DNA of 64,000 bases. Source: Halieaceae bacterium (GTDB taxonomy: Bacteria; Pseudomonadota; Gammaproteobacteria; Pseudomonadales; Halieaceae). The position numbers and the translations under genes were made by a program. The notes under the pieces are model-generated. The model ran no database searches and had not been told where the DNA came from. It saw nothing but the letters and a program-made list of their open reading frames with translations. The stretch's first letter is position 1, and each line of letters starts with the position of its first letter. Positions 1 to 10,369 of this stretch are shown piece by piece. The stretch is taken from assembly GCA_902631395.1 (NCBI GenBank), contig CACOYM010000009.1, forward strand, positions 8,502 to 72,501, in the 5' to 3' direction.

Positions 1-118
1 CTGTTACGAGCAAGCCGCTCGAGCCCCATTGGCGTTGGTAAATCTCTGTTCATCACTCGCCCGCAGTGATGAGGCCGTGCTGCGGGCGGAGCAGTTTCTG
101 GCCTGCCACGGTGCCTGA
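1..118 (+). CDS. 3' end of a gene truncated by the window edge, product unknown
   Basis: Open frame from position 2 (CYEQAARAPLALVNL...FLACHGA) ending at TGA 116-118; too short to identify. Confidence 0.3.
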   Translation, partial: CYEQAARAPLALVNLCSSLARSDEAVLRAEQFLACHGA

Positions 119-151
119 CCGGCCTGGGTGCTGTATAGACAAGCGCGGGGT

Positions 152-490
152 TTAGACGAGTTTCAACCCATTGGCTATGAGCCGTTCCGGCTGAATCAAA
201 ACGACAGATCCATCAGCTTGCGAAAAACCGGTAATCAAACACTGGGATTGGATTGGGCCAATCTGCTTGGATGGGAGGTTCACCACCCCGATCACCTGCT
301 GACCCACCAAGTCTTCAGATTGGTAGAGGTCGGTAATCTGAGCACTTGACTTGAGCACGCCAATATCACCACCAAAATCCACGTGCAAAATGTAGGCTGG
401 GCAACGGGCCTCCACAAACTCTTCAGCAGTGACAATGGTGCCAACCCGCAGGTCTACCTGCTCAAAATCCTGCCAAGAAATAGTTCCCAT
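152..490 (-). CDS. csaA: tRNA-binding/export chaperone CsaA (Trbp111-like OB fold)
   Basis: ISWQDFEQVDLRVGTIV, SSAQIT, VVNLPSKQIGP..SQCLITGF are typical CsaA motifs; 112 aa. Confidence 0.88.
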   Translation of the reverse strand: MGTISWQDFEQVDLRVGTIVTAEEFVEARCPAYILHVDFGGDIGVLKSSAQITDLYQSEDLVGQQVIGVVNLPSKQIGPIQSQCLITGFSQADGSVVLIQPERLIANGLKLV

Positions 491-503
491 GTTGACTCAA
501 CCC

Positions 504-564
504 CCTCTAACATAACCAGTCACATTAGCCTCTCATATTTGCTCTGACATGACCTCTGACATTG
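504..564. repeat. Five imperfect ~12-bp direct repeats (consensus CCTCTnACATnA)
   Basis: cctctaacataa (504), ccagtcacatta (516), cctctcatattt (529), gctctgacatga (541), cctctgacattg (553). Confidence 0.55.
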
Positions 565-636
565 AGACAGTCCTGCGGTTCTCATCCAATAATCTTTTGG
601 GGTTGGTAATAGCAGTCGGCAACCGGTTTCCGTGAG

Positions 637-2044
637 CTACTGAGTAGCCTGGTACAGAAGCCAGATGGGTAGGCCAGTAGACGCTTCTTCTGGAGTGATC
701 GGATGGGTCGCCGTAGAGACTGAGCTTGTCCCGACTGAGTTCGTAGCAGTCACCGTACAGGTGTAGGCGACATCATTGGTTAATCCAGAGACTGTGATCG
801 GGGATGAGGTGCTTGTTCCTGTGAAGGCGTTGGTGCCGTCTGTGCAAGTCGCTTCGTATCCAGATATGTCCGTGCCGCCGTTATCACTTACCGAGACAGT
901 GAGGACAATCTTGCCGTCCTCATAGTCAGTTGAGGTGATGGTTGGAACTGAAGGCAGTTCAAGAGGCACAGATACGGTGCAAGGATCGGATACAGGGGTT
1001 GTTCCGAGCTTGCTTACTGGCGCTACGGTACAGGTGTAATCCCTGCCACGGGTCGCTCCAGAGACTTCAATAGGTGAGCTTGAGCCATTCCTAGCTAGTT
1101 CTTCAGTAATGCGCATCCCCCATGAGTTCAGCACGCCCTCTATCACTATCGGGCCGACATCAATATCCTCAATGGATAACACCCAGTCTCCGTCCATAGT
1201 TTGTCTAGTGACATCGTCGAGACTGTCCACTGATGTCAGAGTCGTCGGGAACGTACCGACCAAGTCCTCCCCTCCACTGCTTCCCTGATTCCACAGAATC
1301 AGTTCTGTTCCTTCTGGGGTCGCTATGGGTAATATCAACATCTATCTCGATAGAGGACAGCACAGATGTGGGATCGTACCCAGCGACCGTTAGCGTTTCT
1401 TCAATCGGCGTGTTATCGATTAGGTCAGTAACTGGGGCACCCGCAACATCAATATCAGACCCAAGGCAGCGAGCAGAATAGCCCGCGATGGGGAATGCCG
1501 TATCAGTGGTAGTTGATAGGTTGAATCCCAACGAGATGATGTTGCGCGAGGTAGGTGCTTGAGTGATGACGGGCTGCGTCCGCTCACCAGAGACCGATGC
1601 AAGCACTTGATCTACGGAATTGCACCCAGCTCCATTAGCATCTATGTCAATAACTCCTCCCACGCTGTCATCAGGAGGGCCACTGGGCCACCCTAACACT
1701 AAGGCCACAGCTTGACAGTTGGTCAGGGCGTCGTTGTTACTGATTTCCAGATAACCCCCAACACTGGTTAGGTTCACCAGGCCATCGAGGTTAATGATGG
1801 CGTCGTTCCCGACCAAGTACACATCACCCCCAACGCTGGTGATGTTGGCTAGGCCATCGAGGTTGGTGATGGTAGAGTGCCAGATGGCCAGGTTTCCCGA
1901 TATATTATCGCAACTCGCAGCACCCAGCGCATCAACTTCTGCCTGAATCCCTAGATTGTAGTCGGACTGCTGACAATCGACCGCCCAAATACCCTCCACC
2001 CAAAGCAGGGGCAACCAAACCAACAATCGCGAGACAATCCTCAT
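637..2044 (-). pseudogene. Frameshifted secreted/surface protein: signal peptide, Receptor-L/LRR-like repeats, proprotein-convertase P-domain inserted in FN3, second FN3, C-terminal GLPIWLLYQATQ tail
   Basis: ORF 1205..2044 has a signal peptide, xNLDGLxNxTSVGG repeats and a P-domain start (IEIDVDITHSDP). ORF 637..1341 continues the P-domain (TPEGTELILWN...GDWVLSIED...GVLNSWG) and FN3 (SPITVSGLTNDVAYTCTVTATNSVG). Frame switch is near 1316-1323. Confidence 0.75.
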
Positions 2045-2345
2045 ACCCGCGCTCTACCTAATAATCTGATCGAGATCAAAAAGTAGTTTCCCAGCTATGG
2101 AGCAAACGCTATTCGTGACGATTTGAAAACCATGGGCTAGAGGTAACAACCCTGCACATTGATTTCAATTTCTAATGCGTCTGGGCGGAAACCATCACAA
2201 TTACAACGGCAGTCATCGCCCTCCGGGGGGTGTTACTGGCTTGCAGTCAGCAAGAGCGGGTGCGTCTATCTCTGATAGCGCGCCCGATACAAAGCAGTCA
2301 AAACCTAGGCGCTATACCTGAGAAGATGGCGGGCCTTAGTTAAAA

Positions 2346-2368
2346 TTTGGGTAGTGGTTTTGGGGAGT
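2346..2368. repeat. Direct repeat TTTGGG(T/G)AGT x2 just downstream of the tRNA-Asn 3' end, possible integrase arm-type sites
   Basis: tttgggtagt at 2346-2355 and tttggggagt at 2359-2368. Confidence 0.35.
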
Positions 2369-2423
2369 GCCATGCATATCATCGCCATAGACGTTGATAT
2401 ACATGGGCTTAACTACCGGAATT

Positions 2424-2499
2424 TGGCTCCGCCTGCTGGGCTCGAACCAGCGACCCGCTGATTAACAGTCAGCTGCTCTACCAACTGAGCTAAGGCGGA
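2424..2499 (-). tRNA. tRNA-Asn (GTT)
   Basis: Reverse complement TCCGCCTTAGCTCAGTTGGTAGAGCAGCTGACTGTTAATCAGCGGGTCGCTGGTTCGAGCCCAGCAGGCGGAGCCA: 76-nt cloverleaf, anticodon GTT, CCA end. Confidence 0.97.
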
Positions 2500-2521
2500 A
2501 GAATTACTCAGGAAGCTAAGA

Positions 2522-2551
2522 AGTGTACACAGCCGCTTTTTGGCCAGTCAA
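2522..2551 (-). promoter_or_regulatory. Sigma70-like promoter for tRNA-Asn
   Basis: TTGACT-N18-TACACT on the minus strand, 22 nt upstream of the tRNA. Confidence 0.55.
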
Positions 2552-2622
2552 CCACGGATCAAGTGAATCTCGCCAAACCTTCAGATCCGTTATCCTACTG
2601 GTTTTAGCTGGTATTCTCTCCC

Positions 2623-4644
2623 GTGAGCCGACCCTTCGAACTCCAGTCTGATTATGCGCCTGCGGGCGACCAGCCGACAGCGATTGAGCAGTTGATTGCC
2701 GGGGTCCAGTCCGGTCTGGCCTCGCAGATCCTGCTTGGTGTTACCGGTTCAGGAAAAACCTTCACTATGGCCAATGTGGTGCAGGCGCTGCAGCGTCCGA
2801 CCATTGTTATGGCGCACAACAAAACATTGGCGGCGCAGCTTTATGGCGAGTTCAGAGAGTTCTTCCCGAACAACGCGGTGGAATACTTCGTGTCCTACTA
2901 TGATTACTATCAGCCTGAGGCTTATGTTCCGTCATCCGATACCTATATTGAGAAAGACGCGCAGGTTAATGACCATATCGAGCAGATGCGGCTCTCTGCT
3001 ACCAAGGCTTTACTGGAACGACAGGACTGCTTGGTAGTCTCTACTGTGTCATCGATTTATGGCCTGGGGGACCCGGAGTCATACTTTAAGATGGTCATGC
3101 ACCTCTCTAGAGGTGAGATCATCGATCAGCGGGGTATCCTTAGGCAGCTCGCTGAACTTCAGTACACCCGTAACGACATTGATTTCAAGCGAGGCACATA
3201 TCGCGTGCGTGGCGACGTGATCGATATTTTTCCGGCCGAATCTGATGAGCTGGCGATTCGGGTCGAGCTGTTTGATGAAGAAATCGAAAACATTTGCACG
3301 TTTGATCCACTTACCGGTGCAGTCGACGAGCGTCTCCCCCGCGTGACGATCTTCCCCAAGACGCACTACGTTGCATCGCGAGATACGATGCTCGGAGCTG
3401 TAGATTTGATTGAGGCTGAGCTTGAGGAGCGGGTCAAACAACTCAAGGATTTGGAGAAGCTACTCGAAGCTCAGCGATTGCAGCAGCGCACCCGGTATGA
3501 CGTAGAGATGATCCGCGAGCTTGGATATTGTCAGGGAATCGAGAACTATTCCCGCTACCTCTCTGGCCGTGCGCCAGGCGAGGCTCCTCCCACCTTGTTT
3601 GAATACATTCCCGACAATGCGCTGGTGTTGGTGGACGAGTCGCACGTGACGATTCCTCAGATTGGCGGCATGTATCGCGGTGACAGGAGCCGCAAGGAGA
3701 CACTGGTTGAATACGGTTTCCGCTTGCCATCAGCGCTGGATAATCGGCCCCTCAAATTTGAAGAGTGGGAACTACTCTGCCCTCAAGCCATCTATGTATC
3801 TGCAACGCCTGGACCTTATGAGAACGATCATGCCGGCAGAACGGTAGAACAGGTTGTGCGACCTACAGGTCTCGTCGACCCCGTAGTGGAGGTGCGTCCC
3901 GCGAGCACACAAGTAGATGACCTGCTTGCCGAGATACATACGACTGTGGAGGCTGGTGATCGGGTGTTGGTGACCACGCTGACCAAGCGTATGGCGGAGG
4001 ATCTAACCGAGTTTTTGGATGATCACAAAGTGCGCGTGCGCTATCTCCACTCCGATATCGATACCGTTGAGCGTGTTGAGATTATTCGTGATCTTCGCCT
4101 AGGGCACTTCGATGTCCTGGTAGGGATCAACTTGTTGCGCGAGGGCCTCGATATGCCCGAGGTATCTTTGGTCGCTATTCTCGATGCTGACAAGGAGGGC
4201 TTCCTGAGAAGTGATCGTTCTCTGATTCAGACCATTGGGCGCGCGGCGCGGCATATCAATGGACGGGCGATTCTCTATGCGGACAAAGAGACGGGTTCAA
4301 TGACTCGAGCGATGGCCGAGACCGAGCGCCGCAGAAATAAACAGCTGGCCTTTAACGAGGAAAACAACATCACTCCCAAAGGGATCCATAAGTCGGTGCA
4401 GGACATTCTTGAGGGTGCCCGGCGCATGCCCACGAAGGTCAAAGGCGGCAGGTCGCGCCCTGCCAAAGGTGATCGAGCATCGCTCTCTGCTGAGGTTAGC
4501 CACCTCACCCCTGCGGCGCTCGGTCGCAAGATCGCCGACATGGAGCAAAAAATGCTTGAACACGCTAAAAATCTGGAGTTCGAGGAGGCCGCCGCACTTC
4601 GAGATGAGGTGGCCGAGCTGAAGCAGGTGGCGTTCACGGGTTAA
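2623..4644 (+). CDS. uvrB: Excinuclease ABC subunit B
   Basis: [37 protein letters not shown]-terminal UVR domain [11 protein letters not shown]. Confidence 0.98.
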   Translation: MSRPFELQSDYAPAGDQPTAIEQLIAGVQSGLASQILLGVTGSGKTFTMANVVQALQRPTIVMAHNKTLAAQLYGEFREFFPNNAVEYFVSYYDYYQPEAYVPSSDTYIEKDAQVNDHIEQMRLSATKALLERQDCLVVSTVSSIYGLGDPESYFKMVMHLSRGEIIDQRGILRQLAELQYTRNDIDFKRGTYRVRGDVIDIFPAESDELAIRVELFDEEIENICTFDPLTGAVDERLPRVTIFPKTHYVASRDTMLGAVDLIEAELEERVKQLKDLEKLLEAQRLQQRTRYDVEMIRELGYCQGIENYSRYLSGRAPGEAPPTLFEYIPDNALVLVDESHVTIPQIGGMYRGDRSRKETLVEYGFRLPSALDNRPLKFEEWELLCPQAIYVSATPGPYENDHAGRTVEQVVRPTGLVDPVVEVRPASTQVDDLLAEIHTTVEAGDRVLVTTLTKRMAEDLTEFLDDHKVRVRYLHSDIDTVERVEIIRDLRLGHFDVLVGINLLREGLDMPEVSLVAILDADKEGFLRSDRSLIQTIGRAARHINGRAILYADKETGSMTRAMAETERRRNKQLAFNEENNITPKGIHKSVQDILEGARRMPTKVKGGRSRPAKGDRASLSAEVSHLTPAALGRKIADMEQKMLEHAKNLEFEEAAALRDEVAELKQVAFTG

Positions 4645-4922
4645 GAATATCCCTCGGGTGTGCCGTATTGGCCGCCGTCCGATCCGCCATATCTGGAGGC
4701 GAGCAATAGTTTTTCCTCGCGGTGTAAGATCAGGACTTCAGTGTGGATAGTTCCGGTAGATTTGATTCTGGCTTTTTTGGGTTTTTAAAAAACTTGCAGC
4801 TATAGAAGAGTGAGGCCTCAGCCCCGGTATCTTTTACTCTTTGCAATCTGATACTGCTCTGAGACACTTCATCTCCTCGTATGCGGCCTATGGTAGTGGT
4901 CGCCACTGGATAAGGAGCGTTT

Positions 4923-6860
4923 ATGCCCGTTGTTACCCTACCTGATGGATCCCAACGTATTTTTGACGCCCCCGTAACAGTGTTCGAGGTCGCCGCCGAT
5001 ATTGGCGCTGGGCTTGCAGCTGCGACAATAGCTGGGCAGGTCAACGGACAGCTAAGGGATGCGAGTGATTTAGTCAGTGACGACGCAAGCCTTCGGATAA
5101 TAACCTCAAGAGATAGCGAGGGAGTGGATATTATTCGACACTCCTGTGCGCACCTCGTTGGGCATGCCGTTAAGCAACTTTTTCCGGAAGCGAAAATGGT
5201 TATCGGCCCCGTGATTGAGGATGGCTTTTACTACGATATCGCAATAGAGCAGCCATTCCTCTCGTCTGATCTTGAAAAGATCGAGAATCGTATGCGGGAG
5301 CTCGCGGAGTCAAACTACGATGTTGTAAAGAAGACAATGTCACGTGACGCAGTTATAGATCAATTTGTTGATAGAGGCGAGGACTTTAAATTACGCCTGA
5401 TTGAGGAAATGCCAGATGAGCGCCAAATGGCTATGTACTTCCATGAGGAGTACGTTGACATGTGTCGTGGCCCACATGTCCCAAATACAAAATTCCTCCG
5501 GCACTTCAAGCTCACTAAAATCTCGGGGGCGTACTGGCGCGGCGACTCAAAAAATCAGCAACTGCAGCGCATTTATGGAACTGCTTGGGGTGATAAGAAG
5601 CAACTAAAGGTTTATTTAGACCGCGTTGCAGAGGCTGAAAAACGCGATCATCGAAAAATTGGCAAAAAGCTGGATTTATTTCATACGCAGGAGGAGGCCC
5701 CGGGGATGGTTTTTTGGCACCCGGCTGGCTGGAGTGTTTACCAAGTCATCGAGCGGTACATGCGTGAGAAGCAGAAAGCGCATGGATATCAAGAGATAAA
5801 AACACCACAGGTCGTAGATATCGATTTGTGGCAGCGATCTGGTCATGCTGAAAAATTTTCTGACGGCATGTTTACTCTTCACGCGGACGAGAGGCAATTC
5901 GCTGTAAAGCCAATGAACTGCCCCTGTCACGTGCAGGTATTTAATCAAGGACTGAAGTCTTACAGAGACCTGCCTCTGCGACTGGCTGAGTTTGGAAGTT
6001 GTCATCGGAATGAGCCTTCGGGGTCCCTCCACGGGATTATGCGGGTGCGAAGTTTTACCCAGGACGACGCGCATATTTTCTGTACGGAGGATCAAATTCA
6101 ATGGGAAGTGGCGCGGTTCATAGATATGTTGCACGAGGTGTACTTGGACTTTGGCTTCCGCGAGATAATATATCGACTTTCAACTAGACCAGTCGAGCGG
6201 GTAGGGTCAGACCATGATTGGGATCGCGCTGAAGCCGCGCTTGCAGAAGCACTAAGTGGTAAGGGTCTTCCTTGGGAAACGTTGCCGGGTGAGGGAGCTT
6301 TTTATGGACCAAAGATAGAGTTTTCACTGAAGGACTGTATCGGTCGCATATGGCAACTGGGAACGATTCAAGTGGACTTCTCGATGCCCGGGAGACTTAA
6401 CGCACAATACGTGGCTGAGGATGGCGCTAGGAGGGTGCCGGTTATGCTACATCGTGCAGTGTTGGGTTCTTTTGAGCGTTTCATCGGCATTTTGATAGAG
6501 CATTATGAGGGCGCATTTCCAGTATGGCTGGCGCCACGGCAAGCTGTAGTGGTAAATATTACTGACAGGCATGCTAAATACGCGACGGAAGTGGCGAAGC
6601 TTTTGCAAGCGGAGGGTTTTCGAGCCGAGACCGATCTCAGGAATGAAAAGATTGGTTTCAAAATCCGCGAGCTTGAGCTGGCCAAAGTGCCATATATTTT
6701 GGTGGTGGGTGATAAGGAGATGGAGTCAGGCAAGGCTTCGGTGCGCGCGCGGCATGGGCGAGATCTGGGGTCTCTGACTAACGCAGAGTTGCTTGAGGTC
6801 CTCAACCATGAAACGGGGCGCAAAGGCAGGTTGGACGCTGATAACCCATCCAGGACTTAG
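4923..6860 (+). CDS. thrS: Threonine--tRNA ligase
   Basis: TGS domain [42 protein letters not shown]; Shine-Dalgarno TAAGGAG upstream. Confidence 0.98.
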   Translation: MPVVTLPDGSQRIFDAPVTVFEVAADIGAGLAAATIAGQVNGQLRDASDLVSDDASLRIITSRDSEGVDIIRHSCAHLVGHAVKQLFPEAKMVIGPVIEDGFYYDIAIEQPFLSSDLEKIENRMRELAESNYDVVKKTMSRDAVIDQFVDRGEDFKLRLIEEMPDERQMAMYFHEEYVDMCRGPHVPNTKFLRHFKLTKISGAYWRGDSKNQQLQRIYGTAWGDKKQLKVYLDRVAEAEKRDHRKIGKKLDLFHTQEEAPGMVFWHPAGWSVYQVIERYMREKQKAHGYQEIKTPQVVDIDLWQRSGHAEKFSDGMFTLHADERQFAVKPMNCPCHVQVFNQGLKSYRDLPLRLAEFGSCHRNEPSGSLHGIMRVRSFTQDDAHIFCTEDQIQWEVARFIDMLHEVYLDFGFREIIYRLSTRPVERVGSDHDWDRAEAALAEALSGKGLPWETLPGEGAFYGPKIEFSLKDCIGRIWQLGTIQVDFSMPGRLNAQYVAEDGARRVPVMLHRAVLGSFERFIGILIEHYEGAFPVWLAPRQAVVVNITDRHAKYATEVAKLLQAEGFRAETDLRNEKIGFKIRELELAKVPYILVVGDKEMESGKASVRARHGRDLGSLTNAELLEVLNHETGRKGRLDADNPSRT

Positions 6861-7006
6861 GAGTCGGGAAGCGTACCGATTCACTCATCTTCCCAAAGCG
6901 CGGCTTTTGGAGCAAAGCTTCGCTAGATGAGTGTAGGGCCTTTTAGAGTCCTTGCTCGGCACTTATCTGGAATTCGAGTTCACCCTAGCCCCCAGATACT
7001 TAGAGC

Positions 7007-7669
7007 TCAACTTCCGTCGCACAACATCGCTAACTGGGCTGGCGTTAGGGCCCGGTAAGCCTCGGGTGCGTCGATGTGTTGTGATTGTCGAGCCATCATG
7101 CAACGCCGTGCGGATGCCTCATCGACGGACCTTAAGTGCGTGATGATCTCATGATTAGCAATGTCGCAATAGCCGGCGTTAACTGTCCTGAGATTGGTGT
7201 AGTCCTCTGACCGTTCTATTGCGATGCACTTGCCTGGCCTTATTTTTGTCTTCACGCTAAGGATCATTTCCATCCCTCTATCGCCCAAATCCACAACATA
7301 CAAGATTGCTGGATCTGCAAAGTCCGGGTTGCCCTTAGACTCTTGAATTCGGCGTGAGCCTGACACGTTATCGTCATTCATGCTCATAACAATAGGCGCG
7401 GTATCAATGGGTGGTGGGGCGCCACGCGTCACCCCCGCAGGTAGAGCGGGATCTGACCAACTCGTTTTGTAGTGCTGCGCTACGCGACCATATTCGATTT
7501 GAATTCCTTGTTGCGCTCCAGTTACAGGCCGAAGTTCTGAGGAGCTCAAAGGCACCGATAGTGAAAGCAGTGTGAGAGCGATTGTCAGGCGAGGCACTGC
7601 GAGTCTTCCCGCCGTCGCTTTCCATACTCCGGTAGTTTGGCCTTTAGCCGGCAGACACAGCGAGAGCAT
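7007..7669 (-). CDS. Hypothetical exported Cys-containing protein between thrS and infC
   Basis: 220-aa ORF with hydrophobic signal-like segment (LTIALTLLSLSVPLSS) and four Cys in the C-terminal half; true start uncertain. Confidence 0.6.
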   Translation of the reverse strand: MLSLCLPAKGQTTGVWKATAGRLAVPRLTIALTLLSLSVPLSSSELRPVTGAQQGIQIEYGRVAQHYKTSWSDPALPAGVTRGAPPPIDTAPIVMSMNDDNVSGSRRIQESKGNPDFADPAILYVVDLGDRGMEMILSVKTKIRPGKCIAIERSEDYTNLRTVNAGYCDIANHEIITHLRSVDEASARRCMMARQSQHIDAPEAYRALTPAQLAMLCDGS

Positions 7670-8044
7670 TTAGCTAGATGCCATGGTAGTTGAAGGAACG
7701 AAAATCTTGAGGTTCGTCTCAAGCAGCATGTTTAGTATCCGTAAGGGCGGGTGGCCAGTATGCCAAAGTCTTGCGGCAATTCGCCGCCTCTTTTGTCCAT
7801 AAATGGCTAAAAATCCATAGGCAAGGCGAATCCCTCCTTTGCCCAGCAATATGCTGGCTCAAAACTGTAACCAATACCCAAAAAAGCAGGCAGTTCGGCC
7901 ATTTTCTGCAGTTCTTTTTGCTTGTGAATCCCTTGCGCGGCCAGTAAACTCGCGCGTCTGTTTGTAATGGAGGACGCGTCAGATTGTTCGCAGTAGCCCG
8001 GATGGCAGCTTCCTTCAAAGAAACCTTGATGGGAGAAAGGCAGT

Positions 8045-8575
8045 ATCAAGAGCGAAAGCAGCAGTAAAAAGGCGCTGACCAACGATCAGATTACGGCTAG
8101 CAATGTCCGCCTAATCAATGAAAATGGTGAGCAGGTTGGTATTGTGACCAATTCTGAGGCCCAAGCAGCCGCAGAAGCAGTTGGTATGGATTTGGTAATG
8201 ATGGCGGAGAACGACCCGCCAGTCTGCAAAATTATGGACTATGGTAAGCACGTCTTCGAGTCCAAGAAGCAGAAAGCGGCGCAGCGTAAGCGTGCCAAGC
8301 GCACTCAGGTCAAGGAAATGAAGTTTCGTCCGGGGACGGAGGAAGGAGACTATCAGGTAAAGCTGCGCAACCTGACGCGTTTCCTAGAAAATGGCGATAA
8401 AGCCAAAGTCACACTGCGTTATCGCGGTCGTGAAATGGCCCACCAAGAAATTGGCATGCAGCTACTCAAGCGGGTGGAGGCGGATCTGGCCGATTTGGGC
8501 AGCGTTGAGCAGTTTCCGAAAATGGAAGGCCGACAACTGACGATGGTTATCGCCCCGAGAAAAAAAGGGACTTAG
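8045..8575 (+). CDS. infC: Translation initiation factor IF-3, non-canonical ATC start
   Basis: Frame extends upstream of the track start 8144 as [34 protein letters not shown]; GGAG 9 nt before ATC at 8045; [11 protein letters not shown] and VKEMKFRP motifs. Confidence 0.95.
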   Translation: MKSESSSKKALTNDQITASNVRLINENGEQVGIVTNSEAQAAAEAVGMDLVMMAENDPPVCKIMDYGKHVFESKKQKAAQRKRAKRTQVKEMKFRPGTEEGDYQVKLRNLTRFLENGDKAKVTLRYRGREMAHQEIGMQLLKRVEADLADLGSVEQFPKMEGRQLTMVIAPRKKGT

Positions 8576-8652
8576 TGGCCCTGAATGCCCTTAATCCCGA
8601 TGAACTTAACGACGGCTGAGCTATCAGTCTGTGCAAATGCGGAGTAGCAAAG

Positions 8653-8847
8653 ATGCCAAAAGCAAAAATTCACAGCGGGGCCGCCAAGCGGTTCAAGAAA
8701 ACGGCAGGTGGGTACAAGCGTAAGAGCGCTTATAAGAGTCACATCCTGACCAAAATGACGACCAAGCGTAAGCGGCAGTTACGTGCGACATCGATGATCC
8801 ATAAGTCGGACGCGGTGTTAGTCGATCGCATGCTGCGCGCCAAATAA
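8653..8847 (+). CDS. rpmI: 50S ribosomal protein L35
   Basis: [17 protein letters not shown]...[15 protein letters not shown]. Confidence 0.97.
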   Translation: MPKAKIHSGAAKRFKKTAGGYKRKSAYKSHILTKMTTKRKRQLRATSMIHKSDAVLVDRMLRAK

Positions 8848-8874
8848 CGCTAACTGGATCAGGAGTACTGACTC

Positions 8875-9234
8875 ATGCCTCGCGTAAAACGTGGAGTGAC
8901 GGCGCATCGTCGCCACAAGAAGATTCTCAAGAAAGCCAAGGGCTATTACGGAGCGCGCTCACGCGTGTTTCGTGTCGCCAAGCAGGCTGTCACAAAAGCA
9001 GGGCAATACGCTTATCGCGATCGCCGACAACGTAAGCGCCAATTTCGCGCTCTGTGGATCACGCGTATCAACGCCCAGTCACGCGCTAACGGACTGACAT
9101 ACAGTCGATTTATCAACGGGCTCAAGCGTGCAGAGATTTCCCTTGATCGGCGTGTGCTGGCGGATCTTGCAGTGCACGACAAGGATGCTTTTGCTGCCGT
9201 CGTTGAGCGTGCTCGTACCGCTTTGGCGGCTTGA
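8875..9234 (+). CDS. rplT: 50S ribosomal protein L20
   Basis: MPRVKRGV...[10 protein letters not shown]...[23 protein letters not shown]. Confidence 0.98.
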   Translation: MPRVKRGVTAHRRHKKILKKAKGYYGARSRVFRVAKQAVTKAGQYAYRDRRQRKRQFRALWITRINAQSRANGLTYSRFINGLKRAEISLDRRVLADLAVHDKDAFAAVVERARTALAA

Positions 9235-9272
9235 TATCGGTCGAGACGATGTCTTCTGTTTAACGGAGTTAA

Positions 9273-10358
<1,086 letters not shown>

Positions 10359-10369
10359 GGTAGCGTATC

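Noticed and set aside
505-532. dif-like site (TAACATAA resembles the XerD arm)
   Set aside because: No XerC arm at the 6-bp spacing; better explained by the 12-bp repeat array
2596-2613. LexA box upstream of uvrB
   Set aside because: TACTGGTTTTAGCTGGTA lacks the CAG half of CTG-N10-CAG
7719-8082. Minus-strand ORFs of 91 and 99 aa upstream of infC
   Set aside because: No motifs, and one overlaps the true infC start; probably promoter region
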